DNA of 64,000 bases from Callorhinchus milii. Its lineage: Eukaryota. The translations under genes and the position numbers were made by a program. Positions within the stretch are counted from its first letter, which is position 1, and every line of letters begins with the position of its first letter. Below are positions 28,101 through 41,559 of the stretch, piece after piece. Below the pieces are notes generated by a model. The model ran no database searches and was not told where the DNA came from. It worked only from the letters and a program-made list of their open reading frames with translations. The DNA lies in assembly GCF_018977255.1 (NCBI RefSeq), contig NW_024704743.1, positions 33,978,001 to 34,042,000 on the forward strand. Reading direction: 5' to 3'.

Positions 28101-29227
28101 TAGAATGAACATCCTATCGATCACAAATTTCACTTTAAATTCCTGGAATACAGCAACAACAACAAGAACAATAACAACGATGTTGTTGGAATCTGTTAAA
28201 TAACTACCACAATACATACAGTAAGATCAAAATAAGTACCAACACTAGGACCACAAACAACGTCTGAGCAGCATTAGTTTTAGTCAAATAACTTCTTAGA
28301 CAGAATCTATACCAGTCTACTTCTGTAAAATATATTATAGCCAGTTTGCTTCAGTATTCAGTCTTGTACTTTTTTTTCGGATACATTAGGGCTGCCCATT
28401 GAGCCACAGCCCCTCACTTTTCCTAAGGATCATAATGGTTATTCAACCCTACAGGACAACAATAACTTGCATTTATATAGTGCCTTCACATGGGATAGTC
28501 TCAGATCACTTAACATTGCTGGAGCTTGATGCCGATGCCAAGAGGGGGAAGGTGACCGTACGCACGGTCGAAGGGAAAGGTCTTCAGGTGTGATCTGAAG
28601 AATGGTAATAATGAAGCAGGCAGAGTTCCACAGTTTTGTGGGGTGTGACATGTTCTCATGAAACTGTACTAGACATGATGCTATTGCAAATAGCTGAACC
28701 CACAGACTGGATTAATAACAGAACTGCCATGACTCCATTCGAACATGTAACTTGCCGATGCAGTCTAATAAGACACCGTGACGTTTTACTGAACGCAATA
28801 GAAATGAAAGTCCAGGTTCCACTTTTCGTACCCAACATCTGTTTCACAGTTAGAAACAATGCTCACTGTTTGGACTTCCTGCTCTGATCTTAAAACAAAC
28901 TCCCAGGATTAGATTTAAGTCATGTGTCTTTTGCAAAACGTAAGATTTGCCTAATAGAATGGAGGATGTGTTTGGGGTATTAGTTAATTCAGCAATGCAA
29001 AATGATAAGCATGCTGCACAGGTAAATTGTAAACATGGGGCCCAATGATATTTTGAAAGCAGATTTTGTATGTTGCACATTCAGCCATTTTGACACCGTA
29101 ACTTAGTTATTTTTGTCTGCAGTCCAGTAAATTTATCAGCCTTTAACAGTGCACACTTAAAGAAGGAACCAATTAATGGGAGAATAGACAATTTATGTGT
29201 TATGGGGAAGTATAGTATACATGAAAT

Positions 29228-29776
29228 ACAACAACAACAACAAGATTCCATTTATAGAGCGCCTTTCACGTTGGGAGGACGTCCCAAGGCACTGGACAGT
29301 TGGGTCGGGACCCGAGCAGGGGGGAAATGGTCAGGGTGAAGGGAGGGAAGGGAGGGAGCGAGGAGGGGGTAGAGAGTCGAGAGGGGAGCTGAAGGCTCGG
29401 TCAAAGAGAAAGGTCTTGTGACCGGCCTTGAATGAGGAAAGGGAGGAGGCGGCGAAGGCACTGGGGGATAGAGTTCCAGAGCCTAGGGGTTGAGAGGCTG
29501 AAGACCCGGCCACCGATGGTAGGGCGGTTGGGGCGGGGGATGTAGAGCAGACCGGAGCCAGAGGAACGGAGGGTACGGGCAGGTAAGTAGGGGGATAGTA
29601 GGTCGGAGAGGTAGGAGGGAGCAAGGCCATGAATGGCCTTGTAGGTGAGGATGAGGATCTTGAATTCGATCCTCTGGGGGATGGGAAGCCAGTGGAGGTG
29701 AGCGAGGGTGGGAGTGATGTGGTCGCGAGGCCTGGTGCGGGACAGTACACGGGCTGCAGAGTTCTGAATGACCTGC
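29228..29776 (-). mobile_element. L2 LINE 3' end, near-identical to 3680-4232
   Basis: ORF 29401..29778 [41 protein letters not shown]; (TTG)n tail. Confidence 0.9.
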
Positions 29777-29974
29777 ATGAAATAAAATGGAAAGGAAAGT
29801 TACTCACTGAGTAAAACTGATTTTGCTTTGATGAAAATAAACGTGTTTGATCCGCCACTGCCTGTGAAGCTGCCAGCAATTTGTTTGCTTGTCATGACAA
29901 CTTTCGCAGTAAATATAGTGATGATGCTAAATCGTTCTTGAATCAATATTCTGTGATTTTTCTGCAAAGTAGCA

Positions 29975-30075
29975 TGCTGACATAACTTTCCTCTCTCCAT
30001 AGATGCTGCCTGACCTGCTGTGTGTTCCCAGCAACTTCTGTTTTTATTTCAGATTTGCAGCATCTGCAGTATATT
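29975..30075 (+). mobile_element. Penelope-like pseudo-LTR 3' portion
   Basis: ctctctccatagatgctgcctgacctgctg..ttccagcaacttctgtttttatttcagatttgcagcatctgcagt; same family as 5948 and 54803. Confidence 0.6.
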
Positions 30076-31953
30076 TCCTATTGGAGGAGAGTGCAGTCTA
30101 GTTCCTTACTATTGGGGACATACATTAACAGTGTCCCCAGATCCAGGCTAAACCTGTCGCCTGCTTGTGCACAGAATGTACAGATGGGCTCATGAATGGT
30201 GCAGCTGAACACAAGGACAAAACGGCAATTATGCGCCCGAGCGCACAAGAAGTAGGGAGCCTTTATGCACGTTTTATGTCCTCCCGTGTCCATCTACAAT
30301 TACACAGAGCTCTCTGAATGATGGGGGGAGGGAGGGGGGCATATCAAAGCATTACCCAGTGACATCGTGCTCCACAAATAATCTCCATGACTATGACCAG
30401 TTAAAGCCATTCGTAGATTTGGATCACCTAAGAAGGCACATTCTTATGGAATGCTCTTTTGGAAACAGCCTGTTCTGTTTTGCGCTGGGATGCCAGAGCT
30501 CTTGCTGTTTCCACGCAGGCCTTGTCTACTTCACATTAACTGATTCACAGTGGTACATTCTGCTGATTTCAGGAGACAGAGGTTAATGTCCTCAGGCAGT
30601 ATTTTAGGTATTAAAGACTGATTAATTGCAATGAATGTACCCTTCAGCACATAAGCCCACATTGTTCTATTTTTCTCTGATACTAGACGTTGCGGATCTT
30701 GGGATTTCAGATTTGCTAAACTCCAGAAATTAATTTCTGTTGTGCAGCACGCTGAACATACTTTACCTCAAAAGCTCTGTCCATTTCTGTCCTGGCAAAG
30801 GGGGAGATAAAATAGTTTGAATTGTCTATCAATGCTGCCTTTGAGCTGGAAATGAGAAAAGGAACACAGTTCCTGATCTGACTCACCCTCTGGTTGTCTC
30901 TGCCATGCTACTTCCCCCTAAAGATCAGGAGCTCCAGTGACCACGAGGGAAATTGCAGACCTAAAACCATCTTGTGACCCCGTGTCACCATTCTGACCTA
31001 TTCGCACAGACATTTCAAGCCATTTCAGCAGGCAAGTCATAGCACAAGGCTACATTTCCAAGAAACAAATGGATGAATTTCAAAACAGTAGCAAAAACCT
31101 TGGATCCATGAGAAAATTAAAATGAGTGAGATTTCACTGAGCTGGACGTCAGCACAAGAGACCCTGAACTGTTCAGGGACTGAAATGGGAAGGACATCTG
31201 GCACTGCACTTCCTTAATCTTCAGAAGTCTGTTCTATATGATTCACCAGCAAACATTCAAAAAAAAGGGAAAAAAACATTGTGGTAGGTGAAACTCATCT
31301 TATATAGTTTTCATTTCTCCCCTTTCTCCTGGGTCTCCACACACACTCTAACATCTCTTGGCAAGGGGCAAAGCATGGGACCTGCAACATCACTCTGACA
31401 CTGCCACTACTGAGCGCACAATACTTGTATTTTTACACTATCCAGCGCCTCGGGACGTCCTCCTGACCTGAAAGGTGCTATACAAATGTAATGTTGTTGT
31501 TGTTATACCGCCCCTCACGCCTTTGGTCTCCCTCCCACCTCTCTGCCTTCCCTCACCCGCTGAAACGCTTGTCCATGCCTTGTCACCTCTTGGCTGGACT
31601 ACTCAAACGCCCTCCTCGCCGGTCTCCCCTCCACTACCATCCATAAATTCCAGATTATACAAAACTCTGCCGCCCGCGTTCTCACCCGCACCAAGCTCTG
31701 CTCCCTGATTACCCCAGTCCTTGCCAGACTGCACTGGCTGCCTGTCCCAGAGAGGATCGATTGTGCAATTGCCCACAGAACCCAAGCTTTAAACCTTCCT
31801 TCCTAAGTACGTTCCTCAAGCATGTTTGGAAAACCATTTTCTCAATTGCTTGTGAGCATATGATGTGATGGTACAAACTGCGTCAAACCTAATCACTTAC
31901 ACTTGACATAAGCAGGACAAGAATACTCATGGTATCTGCCTATGATTACAGTA

Positions 31954-32206
31954 TCCGCCTTCAATTGTGGGAAGAAATTCCACCTGGATTCTAAATTTAT
32001 TCTATTAACATAGCATTTTATAGTGTTCAGAACTTGGCAAGTTGTTGAATTCAGTTCTTAATTTTGAAGCTGTTTTTCTACAGGTTTTTAAAAAAGCTTC
32101 AAAATTAAGATTGAATTTAATTTGTCAAATGCTGGCCATTCTAACATGCTACATTGATAGAATAAATCTAGACCCAGGTGGAATTTCCCCACATTGGATG
32201 GTGGGA
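31954..32206. mobile_element. ~250-bp imperfect palindrome (foldback/MITE-like); relatives at ~25799-25917 and ~32845-33195
   Basis: Left arm aaattccacctggattctaaatttattctattaacatagc..aattttgaagc pairs with right arm gcttcaaaatt..gatagaataaatctagacccaggtggaattt. Confidence 0.7.
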
Positions 32207-33434
32207 GACAGACAGCTGTAAAAAAAATGTTAGCATGCAGTTACATAAGAAAAAGTAATCTTGTGACTCTAATAATTTAGCGAAATATACAATTGTAGTT
32301 CTAAATATTCCCCATACATGAGGAGTTATATATTAGTCATAATCCATGGCAAGTCATTCATGAGATAGCCATAATCCCAACCTGATGACTGTGATAAAAC
32401 TTGTGCCATCTAAAGAGGCTGTGGTTCAGGAAGTCACAGCAATGCTATAATAAATAATAATCCTTGCATAGCGTCTTTCACGTTGGGAGGACATCCCAAA
32501 GGGCTTCTCAGGATTTACTGTGTATTTTAGGTGAACACAGCAGCCCAATTGCTCGCAGCAATGTCCAACAAACAGCTATGAAATGGACGACCAATTTTAT
32601 TTTGGAGATTGTTGGCTGGATCACCGGGAGAACCTCCCTTCTCTTTTCGATGCCATGGGATCTTTAACATCCACCTGAACTGGCAGACAGGACCTTGGTT
32701 TAAAGTCTCATCTGAGGGATGAGGACAATGCTGCTACTAGTGGGCACAGGAACAATGGATAAGTGGAGCATCAGTGATAAGAAATGGATGTTTGGGGATC
32801 CCCATACAAAATGCTCTTGACCTCTGGTGATACGCAGGTAAACATCCCACCTGGGTTTAGATTTAACAATAAAATAATAATCTTTGCATTTGGTATAGCC
32901 GTTGAGATGTCTCAACGCACTTTACAAGAGATACCGTAAAGTGAATTGAGTGCATTTTGTGGGCAAACATGGAGGCCAGTTGCACACAGCAGTGTCCCAC
33001 AGATAGCCATGGAGTGAGTGACCAATTTTATTTGGAGGATTTATTCTATTCACGGGCCATTTCAGAGCAAATTTGGCAAATTCTTAAACAGAATTTGTTG
33101 CTTTGAACTAAGTTTATTAAAGTTAAAAATGAATTCAACAGTTTGCCAAATCTGCACACTCTGAAATGCCAGGTTTATAGAACAAATCTAAAATCTTCCC
33201 TAAATGCTCTGTAACTCAATACTAGAATTGGCCTTCCAAGACACCTTTGGGTACATACAGGAAACAGAAGGTTCCCTCGAGTGGGGTCTGGGGATGGTAG
33301 GGGCTTAGACTTATCCAAAGATTATTGAGTGAGTAGAAGCAAGATTGGGTGCAATGTGTGGACAGGACATGCCTTTGCATGTGTATGATTCACTCTGGAC
33401 TGCAGTAAAGTGACACATGCTCCACATGGGAGAC

Positions 33435-33801
33435 AATAATAATAATCCTTGCATTTGATATAGTGTTTTACATGTCGTCTAGACGTCTCAAAGCTCTTCA
33501 CAGAATAGACTGTAAAGTGAATTGACTATATTTGTGTGCGAATTGTGGCAGCCATTTGCGCACAGCAGTGTCCCACAAACAGTTGTGGATTGAGTGACCC
33601 AATTATTATTATTATTTTTTTTGAGGGATTATTACCCCCGGAAAAGTGATCCGTCAATCAACTAACAACCGGATTCCTACTTACTGCTAGGTAAACAGAG
33701 GTGTGTGGAGTAAGGAAACTTGCCCAACATTTTGTCCTGCCGGGAATAGAACCCAGGTCTCTCACTTGAGAGGCAAGTGCTCTAATTACTGAGATACAGG
33801 A
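33435..33801 (-). mobile_element. Full-length young tRNA-derived SINE
   Basis: Same structure as 24591-24950. Confidence 0.88.
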
Positions 33802-34989
33802 CAATCTGGGCAAAGTTCACCAAATAATGTTATGGGTACTATTCAGAGCATTGAGCATTGAGAAAGAAATCCGACATTTGCTCTCATACGCATCATTGCT
33901 GAACAGAACAAAATCTATCTATCAGAAGTAATAGTTCAAAGAAAAGAGAAAAATTATTTAACTTTGAACTTGGCCAGTGTTGCTCACACTAAAGTCTAAT
34001 TTGTAAGATATGCTTACCATGTTCACACATGTGTGCAAACGGACATACAAGTGCCTTTAACTAGGTAATGATTCTGCAATCCTTGTTCATTGTAAAACTA
34101 CAAATTATGAGAACCTGTTATTCTCTCTTGTGTTCGCATATGGTGAGCTTAACTTAAAATGAGAGCGCACCCAACTCAATCATTTTGGTTGAAAACTCAT
34201 CTGCTTTGGTTGGTTATACATAGTCTACTGCTTTCAATGTTTGACTGACCACAGCATTCTAGCCCATCATAACATTATTCCTGCTATTTCTCTGAAGCTG
34301 ACAGCTTTGTGTACCATTCCTCTGCAAGTCTGACTGTAGTTTAAGTATACTTGGGCCAAAGGTATAATTCACTTTTTTAGCAACTTCACGAGTGAGCAAG
34401 TACTCGTGTTACTATGGACACAATCATCAGAGCCATCTTGAAGTGCCTGCAGAGCCCATGTATGCAAGGCAAGGGAAATAGCCCAAAACAATTGGTAAAT
34501 GTTGGTTAATCTAATATAACCAAACACAGAGCAATAAAGCATGCATTGCCAAGGTTGAGGAAAGGATTTGGTCAGTTACTTTGCTTTCTTAATAATGCTT
34601 TTGCACAGGTCTGCAGAATGAGGTATGACAATGATATTTTTAATGAATTTAACGGAGGACCTTCTAATTTCTGTATTTTTATTTCTAGTGAGTGGAGGAA
34701 GAGGTAACCAAACTGCCCAGCTAATAATTATTTTTTGTTTATTAGACCTGTTCAGCTATCATCTGTCATACCTGTTCTGTCATTCCTCCCACCAAAGTGA
34801 TTGGAGGAAAAGATTTTCTAATGCAGCAAGGAGAGACAGTCACTCATCACAGCAAACCAGGCTGCCACCTCTTCTAATACTAGGGCTTTTTGCCTCAGGG
34901 CTAAAGATTTGGATGATACAACACAGCTGTTCTACATTGTACTTGTGATGTTCACAAGACGTGGACTTGAAATTGAAATTGGCTAAATG

Positions 34990-35770
34990 TAAGGAAGCAC
35001 AGACTAGTTAGGTGATCGAGGTCAAAATTGGGGGAGCTATTAAGTGGGGTGCCTCAGGGGTCTGTACTGACTACCCTCCTATTCCTTATATGTTTTAATC
35101 ACCTGGATTTGCAGACCCAGTGCAAATTAGTCCATTTGCAGACAACAACAGGCTGGGGGGGAGGGGGGACATTAACATCAAAAGAGACATCAAGGTTCTT
35201 ACACAACGTTTGATGGAGTATGCATATAGACTGATAACTAGCAAATTAAGTTCAATACAGATAAATGCAGTGTACTGCATACAGGAAGAAAAATATGAGC
35301 CAGATTTATTCCAAGGATGGGATAGAACTAATCATAAAGGAATACTGAAGGAGACTTAGAGGTTTTAGTTAACTTGTCAATCACTGTGTCAAAGCTGTGT
35401 GAGGCAATAATAAACAAGGCAAACGGGATATTGGGGATATAATGCCAAATCATTTTCAGATCCCCAGAAATCATACTTAAGTTGTCAAGTTGTACAGATC
35501 AGGCCATCTGTATGATACTCATCACTGCCCAGGTCCCAAATGCAGTGCAGAGGACAATGACAAGGATGATCCCCAATGTTAGAGGAATGAGCCATGAGCA
35601 ATGATTACAACAGGTTAGGGCTCTTCAGCCTTGAAAAGGGATAACTCAAAGTGGACATTTTAGAGATATATAGGATTTTAAATGGGATTGAGAATGTAAA
35701 CCCCCAAACAATACTTTCATACATGCCAGAGCAACAGAACAAAAGGGCAGAGGTTCAGAGTTGCAAAAAG
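34990..35770 (+). mobile_element. Old CR1 RT/3' fragment
   Basis: SGVPQGSVL and FADN motifs, plus gtgcagaggacaatgacaaggatgatccc. Confidence 0.7.
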
Positions 35771-37783
35771 CAATATTGTGTTGCTTTTTCCTTCATTAAT
35801 GTGCATATTTTATACTTTACAGAAGGCTTATGAGCTAATTCATCTGGGAAAAATGATTTCTGCTTATCTAGCACTTTTCAAAATAAAAAGCAATTAATTT
35901 CCCACCTTTCTTTCACAATATTCTAAGACGTATGTTGTCACTCAATTTCAAAAATAAAATGTTGATTTATTCTGGAAGCACCTTGCAAATTATCCCTGCA
36001 TTAAGTTCCAATAACAAGATCAGACATGTTTTTCTTTTTTTTCCTGTCATTATCCATTATAATAATAATCCTTGCATTTGATATAGTATCTTATTACATC
36101 TTTGAAACATCTCAAAGCACCTCACAGAATTTTACTGAAAAGTGCAGTGATTTCAATTTGATTAATTAACTATAAGTGGACTTCTAATGAAATATATTTA
36201 ATAGTTAATCCAACAATTGCTTTAGTATTAAATATTTTTGCATTGTTATTATTTTTAAGTACAGGAAGCATTTCTTAAAAAAGAAAGAATCATATTTTGG
36301 TTGTGAGGGGTAGATTTGAAACCCAGAGGAGATATACAGGTAGTGATTCTCTGCTGGTCAGTAAATTTACTGACCTTGACTATGTGAATTTATTTTGTGA
36401 AAATCTCATTATAATTTCATGCCCTCCTAGTCAATACTGACTGAATGAATTATATTGGTCACTAATGTAAATAAGAGTTCCATGCATTGACCCCAACAGG
36501 ACTCCACTTGGCACCTTCCCGTTTAAACTTCACCATTCTTACAAGTGCTTTTTAAAACCATCTTCTTACCCAGTCTACCCTCGATACTTGTGGCTTTTAA
36601 TTTGAATAGGATATTTCCTGCAGAGCTTTATTAAAAGCCCTTTGAAATTCCAACTAGATTATATTATAGTGAGATCCACAATCTCCTTCATCTGTAACAT
36701 CCTTCAACAAATTAAAGTGGTTTGCCAAGCAGGAATTTGCTGACTATTACTTATGAAGCTATATCTCTACAGATAAGTTCCTCAGGCCTTAGTCATTCAC
36801 TTCATGGATGTATTTTAGGACAATATTGTGCACAAATTGGTTGTCTACAAAAACACTTCACCACACTTTACAGTGAATCCTGTGCAACCCTTCAAGACAT
36901 TTCTACAACTTACTAAGCTATATTAAATGTAAGTTTTATTATTGTAGTTTCACTCATTTAAACAAATTCCTTTATTCCCCCAGAGTTCTGTCCATTAATT
37001 TTTCTTTATACACTATCTTTTTTTATTATTTATTCTTTCATTTTCCTGGTCTGCAATCCTGAAGAATGTTAATTCAGTTTTCATTTATTTCCCATATATA
37101 TATATACAGCATTAAATATTCAACATCATAACTTTAAAAGTTTTCATTATTCGCTTCAGCTGGGTTGATCTTCATTAATATTTCCCAGTTAAAAATATAA
37201 GGATTATTAAATGTGTTCACACCTCATTGCTCTGAATTTTACGGAACGGAAGTAATGTATCTCTGCCATATACCTCCTGGTACTGACTGCCAGATAATCT
37301 AATATAATCATATCATGGTCACTCGTCTCCAAAAGCTCCATGACAATATCTTGACCACTCATAATAACTACCCTAGTTGTTGATCTTTCAAAGAGCCATC
37401 ACAGACATAAAGAGCTAGACAGCCTTTGTACTGTGCTGTAATTTTCTATGATTCTAAAACACATTGGATTAAAAATAAATCACACTCAGTAGTTCTGATT
37501 CTTTTGGACCCTCCATATTTCCAGTTTGGATCGAGTTGATTGAAGTCAGTTATTGTTGCCACATTTTTGCCTGGGCATATTCATCACAAAAACAGCATTG
37601 TATTCCTATTCTGCCCAGAGAGAAGGGGAGGGGGAGCCCCCACTTCTCCCCTATATTAGGGGTCTGTAGCAGACCCTTATTATCAGCCCTATACCCATCC
37701 TACTTAATAACTCAAACTCTGTTTTGCTTTAAGTCTTCTCCGAAATATCAAATCGGCTTAATTTCCAGATTCCCCTGAACATG

Positions 37784-38174
37784 AAGTCCTGTATCTTAGT
37801 GGTTAGAGCACTCGCCTTGCAAGCGAGAGGACCAGGGTTCGATTCCTGGGCAGGGCGAAATGTTGGGCAAATTTCCTTACTCCGCGTGCCACTGTTTACC
37901 TAGAAGTAAGGTGGAACCCGGTTGTTAGTCGATTGGCAGAATGCTTTTTCCAGAGGTAATAATCCCTTCAAAAAAAAATGTATTAGTAATAATTTAGTCA
38001 CTCAATCCACAGTGAGTGTGGGACAATGGTGTGTACAATTGGCTGCTGGGTTTCGCCCACAAAATTTACAGTCAATTCACTTCGCAGTATATTCTATGAA
38101 GCGCTTTGAGACGTCTTGAAGACGTAATAATATGAAAGAGAAGAAGACACAATATGAAATGCAAGGTTTATTAT
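37784..38174 (+). mobile_element. Full-length SINE with tRNA-Ala(TGC)-like head
   Basis: A box tagtggttagag, anticodon arm ctcgc-cttgcaa-gcgag, B box ggttcgattcc, then family body and tail. Confidence 0.85.
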
Positions 38175-39036
38175 AACATAAACTGCTTCTCCTCCACTCC
38201 TGTTTTTTCTATCCTTCCTGAACATCCTGTTCCTTGCAAATTGAATTCACTGCCATCTTCTGGAGTATGGAATTTTTCTTTAAATCTTATACCATGACAC
38301 AGTTTCCTGCTGGTTATGTCTATAATTCAAGCATTTTGTTTCTAATGCTTTTAGCATTATGGTGAGCGCACTTAATTGTATCATTTACTTTTTTAAAGAC
38401 CAATTAGCCTTTTTGCGTCTATTTACTTTCTACATTACCTTAGTCTCGTATTTCTCTTCATTACCTCCAAGCTAATCTTGCCTGTGACCCCCTTCAAATT
38501 GTTTCTGGTTTAAATGTTTTGTAGTTCCACTACATCAATCACCAGCCTTTTTATCTTGATGCACTTTGATGTGGCCCATCTTTCCTGTATCAACCTGGCT
38601 TACTCCCAAAACAGTCCCAGTTACTTACCAAGACAACACCATTGGTCAAAACTAACTGGTGAGCCTCTCATTTGCCACTAGAATTCTATTTGTCGAGCTA
38701 AAGATGAGTAGATGTGCTTTAAAGCTAAAGATTTCAAACAGAAGCTATTGTTTAACTTTACGTGTGGTCATTGGCTTAAATTATAAAATGGAACCTTATG
38801 TTGTCCCGCCTTCGCAAAGCAATTCACTGGATTTTACGGCGAAATGTAGTGACCATGTATTTGTAGACAAACATTGTAGCCAATTTGCGCACAGCATTGC
38901 ACCCCCCCCCCCCCCCCCCCATCCCATGAAATCAGTGATCAATTTTATTTGGCAGATTAGTGACACATAAATAGTCGTAGTTTGAATGACCAAAGTTTAT
39001 TTTTTGCGACGGGATTATTACTCAAGACCCATCTCA

Positions 39037-39195
39037 AGCCCCTCCTCTTCGACTGTGCTTTCGATCTCTCTGCTTCCCCCCTGCCCTCCACTCTCCCCGA
39101 CCCCCAGCTCGGGTCTGAAACTGTCTGTCCAGCGCCTTGGGACGTCCTCCCAACGTGAAAGGCGCTATATAAATGTAATTTTGTTGTTGTTGTTG
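39037..39195 (+). mobile_element. L2 3' tail fragment
   Basis: cagcgccttgggacgtcctcccaacgtgaaaggcgctatataaatgtaattttgttgttg. Confidence 0.8.
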
Positions 39196-39263
39196 TACTC
39201 CCGGAAAACTATCTGCCAATTGACTAATAACTGGGTTCCTACTCACTGCGAGATAAATAGTAC

Positions 39264-39670
39264 TCTACACTGTACATTGTACTCACTGCACTATCCACTG
39301 TGCTCCCCCCACTGTATACTGTGCTCTATACACTGTGCAGTGACCTCTATACACTGTAGACTGTGCTCTGTACAATGTACACTGTGCTCTATACACTGTA
39401 CACTGTGTTCTGTACACTGTGCTCTATACACTGTACACTGTGTTCTGTACACTGTGCTCTATACACTGTACACTGTGTTCTGTACACTGTACACTGTGCT
39501 CTATACACTGTACACTGTGCTCTATACACTGTACACTGTGCTCTGTACACTGTGCTCTATACAGTGTGCTCTGTACACTGTGCTCTATACACTGTGCTCT
39601 GTACACTGTGCTGTATACACTGTACACTGTACACTGTGCTCTATACACTGTACACTGCTGTATACACTGC
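39264..39670. repeat. Minisatellite of tacactg / tgctcta units
   Basis: Visible tandem iterations of acactgtgctctatacactgt. Confidence 0.9.
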
Positions 39671-39739
39671 GCTCGCTCTCCGCTACGATCTCTACCATTC
39701 TCCACCCGCTGTTCCTGGTGTCGTTTCCCTTAAACCGCT

Positions 39740-39816
39740 GCCTCCCATTGGCTGTTGCGGCTGCCGTGGATGAGACGTAGGCTGCTATTGGTTGCAGTGT
39801 CCTCTGGGTGACGTCA
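39740..39816. promoter_or_regulatory. Candidate promoter element: two ATTGG (CCAAT) boxes 40 bp apart and a perfect CRE
   Basis: ATTGG at 39747 and 39787; TGACGTCA at 39809-39816; inside a CpG-containing unique island between two tandem repeats. Confidence 0.55.
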
Positions 39817-39854
39817 GATCGGGTTTTGCTTGATCCTTCGAGTCAGATTCCCGG

Positions 39855-41240
39855 AGACACTGAGAGAGACGGACACACACACAGAGACAGAGACACACTG
39901 ACACACAGAGACACACACAGAGACACACAGAGAGACAGAGACACACTGACACACAGAGACACACACAGAGACACAGAGAGACAGAGACACACTGACACAC
40001 AGAGACACACACAGAGAGACAGAGACACACTGACACACAGAGACACACACAGAGAGACAGAGACACACTAACACACAGAGAGACAGAGACACACTGACAC
40101 ACAGAGACACACACAGAGAGACAGAGACACACTGACACACAGAGACACACACAGAGAGACAGAGACACACTGACACACAGAGAGACAGAGACACACTGAC
40201 ACACACACTGAGAGAGACAGATAGACACAGACACACACTGAGGGACACAGACACACACACTGAGAGACACTGAGAGGCAGACACACACAGTGAGAGACAG
40301 ATAGACACAGAGAGAGACACAGAGACACTGAGAGAGGACAGATAGCGTGACAGATACAGAGAGACAGATAGAGAGACAGATAGAGAGACAGATAGAGAGA
40401 CAGATACAGAGAGACAGATAGAGAGTGACAGATACAGAGAGACAGACAGAGAGACAGATAGAGAGACAGATAGAGAGACAGATACAGAGAGACAGATAGA
40501 GAGACAGAGAGAGACAGATAGAGAGACAGATACAGAGAGACAGATAGAGAGACAGATAGAGAGAGACAGATAGAGAGTGACAGATACAGAGAGACACACA
40601 GAGAGACAGATACAGAGAGACAGATAGAGAGACAGAGAGAGACAGATAGGGAGACAAATAGAGACAGATAGGGAGACAGACACAGAGACGCACAGAGAGA
40701 CAGGCACTGAGAGAGAGAGGACAGATAAAGAGACACAGAGAGAGGACAGATAGAGAGACGCAGAGACATAGAGAGAGAGGACAGACACAGAGAGACATAG
40801 AGACAGAGGACAGACACAGATAGAGAGACAGACACAGAGAAAGAGAGAGAGGACAGACACAGAGAGAGACAGACACAGAGAGACATAGAGAGAGAGGACA
40901 GACACAGAGAGACATAGAGACAGAGGACAGACACAGATAGAGAGACAGACACAGAGAAAGAGAGAGAGGACAGACACAGAGAGAGACAGACACAGAGAGA
41001 CATAGAGAGAGAGGACAGACACAGAGAGAGAGACAGACAGACACAGAGACACATAGAGACAGAGGACAGACACAGAGAAATTCCGAGGACAGTCATCGAA
41101 AGACACAGTTTGGAGAGACACCGAGAGAGGGAGAGAGAGAGAGAGAGAGACTGGAGAGGGAGAACGGCAATATATACATATATATATATACACTGATATA
41201 CACCGAGAGAGAGAGAGAGAGAGAACACACAAGAGAGACA
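39855..41240. repeat. Compound (AG)/(AC)/GACA/GATA microsatellite
   Basis: ~1.4 kb of agagacacac / gagacagata iterations. Confidence 0.95.
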
Positions 41241-41304
41241 ACATCGAGCTCAGAGCGAGTGTGCAGTGAGTGTGTTTCCTGGTACACTGTGTGTGTGTGT
41301 GTGT

Positions 41305-41545
41305 GTGGTGGAGGGACACCGACACTGTACAGGTGGGGGTGGTGGGGGGACACCGACACTGCACAGGTGGTGGTGGTGGGGGGACACCGACACTGCACAG
41401 GTGGTGGTGGTGGGGGGACACCGACACTGTACAGGTAGTGGTGGTGGGGGGACACCGACACTGTACAGGTAGTGGTGGTGGGGGGACACCGACACTGTAC
41501 AGGTAGTGGTGGGGGGACACCGACACTGTACAGGTGGGGGTCGGG
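41305..41545. repeat. 34-bp G-rich minisatellite, 7 copies
   Basis: gacaccgacactg recurs at 41315, 41349, 41383, 41417, 41451, 41485 and 41516. Confidence 0.95.
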
Positions 41546-41559
41546 GGTCCAGACACTTA

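Noticed and set aside
37784..37860. tRNA-Ala gene
   Set aside because: It continues directly into a SINE body and has diverged copies at 11677, 24950 and 33801; it is a SINE head.
41305..41545. CRISPR-like regular repeats
   Set aside because: The intervening sequences are near-identical rather than unique spacers, the context is vertebrate, and there are no cas genes; it is a minisatellite.
38986..41556. Long ORFs of 264, 419, 580 and 386 aa
   Set aside because: They are translations of micro- and minisatellites (LYTV, SLCV repeats) with no protein features.
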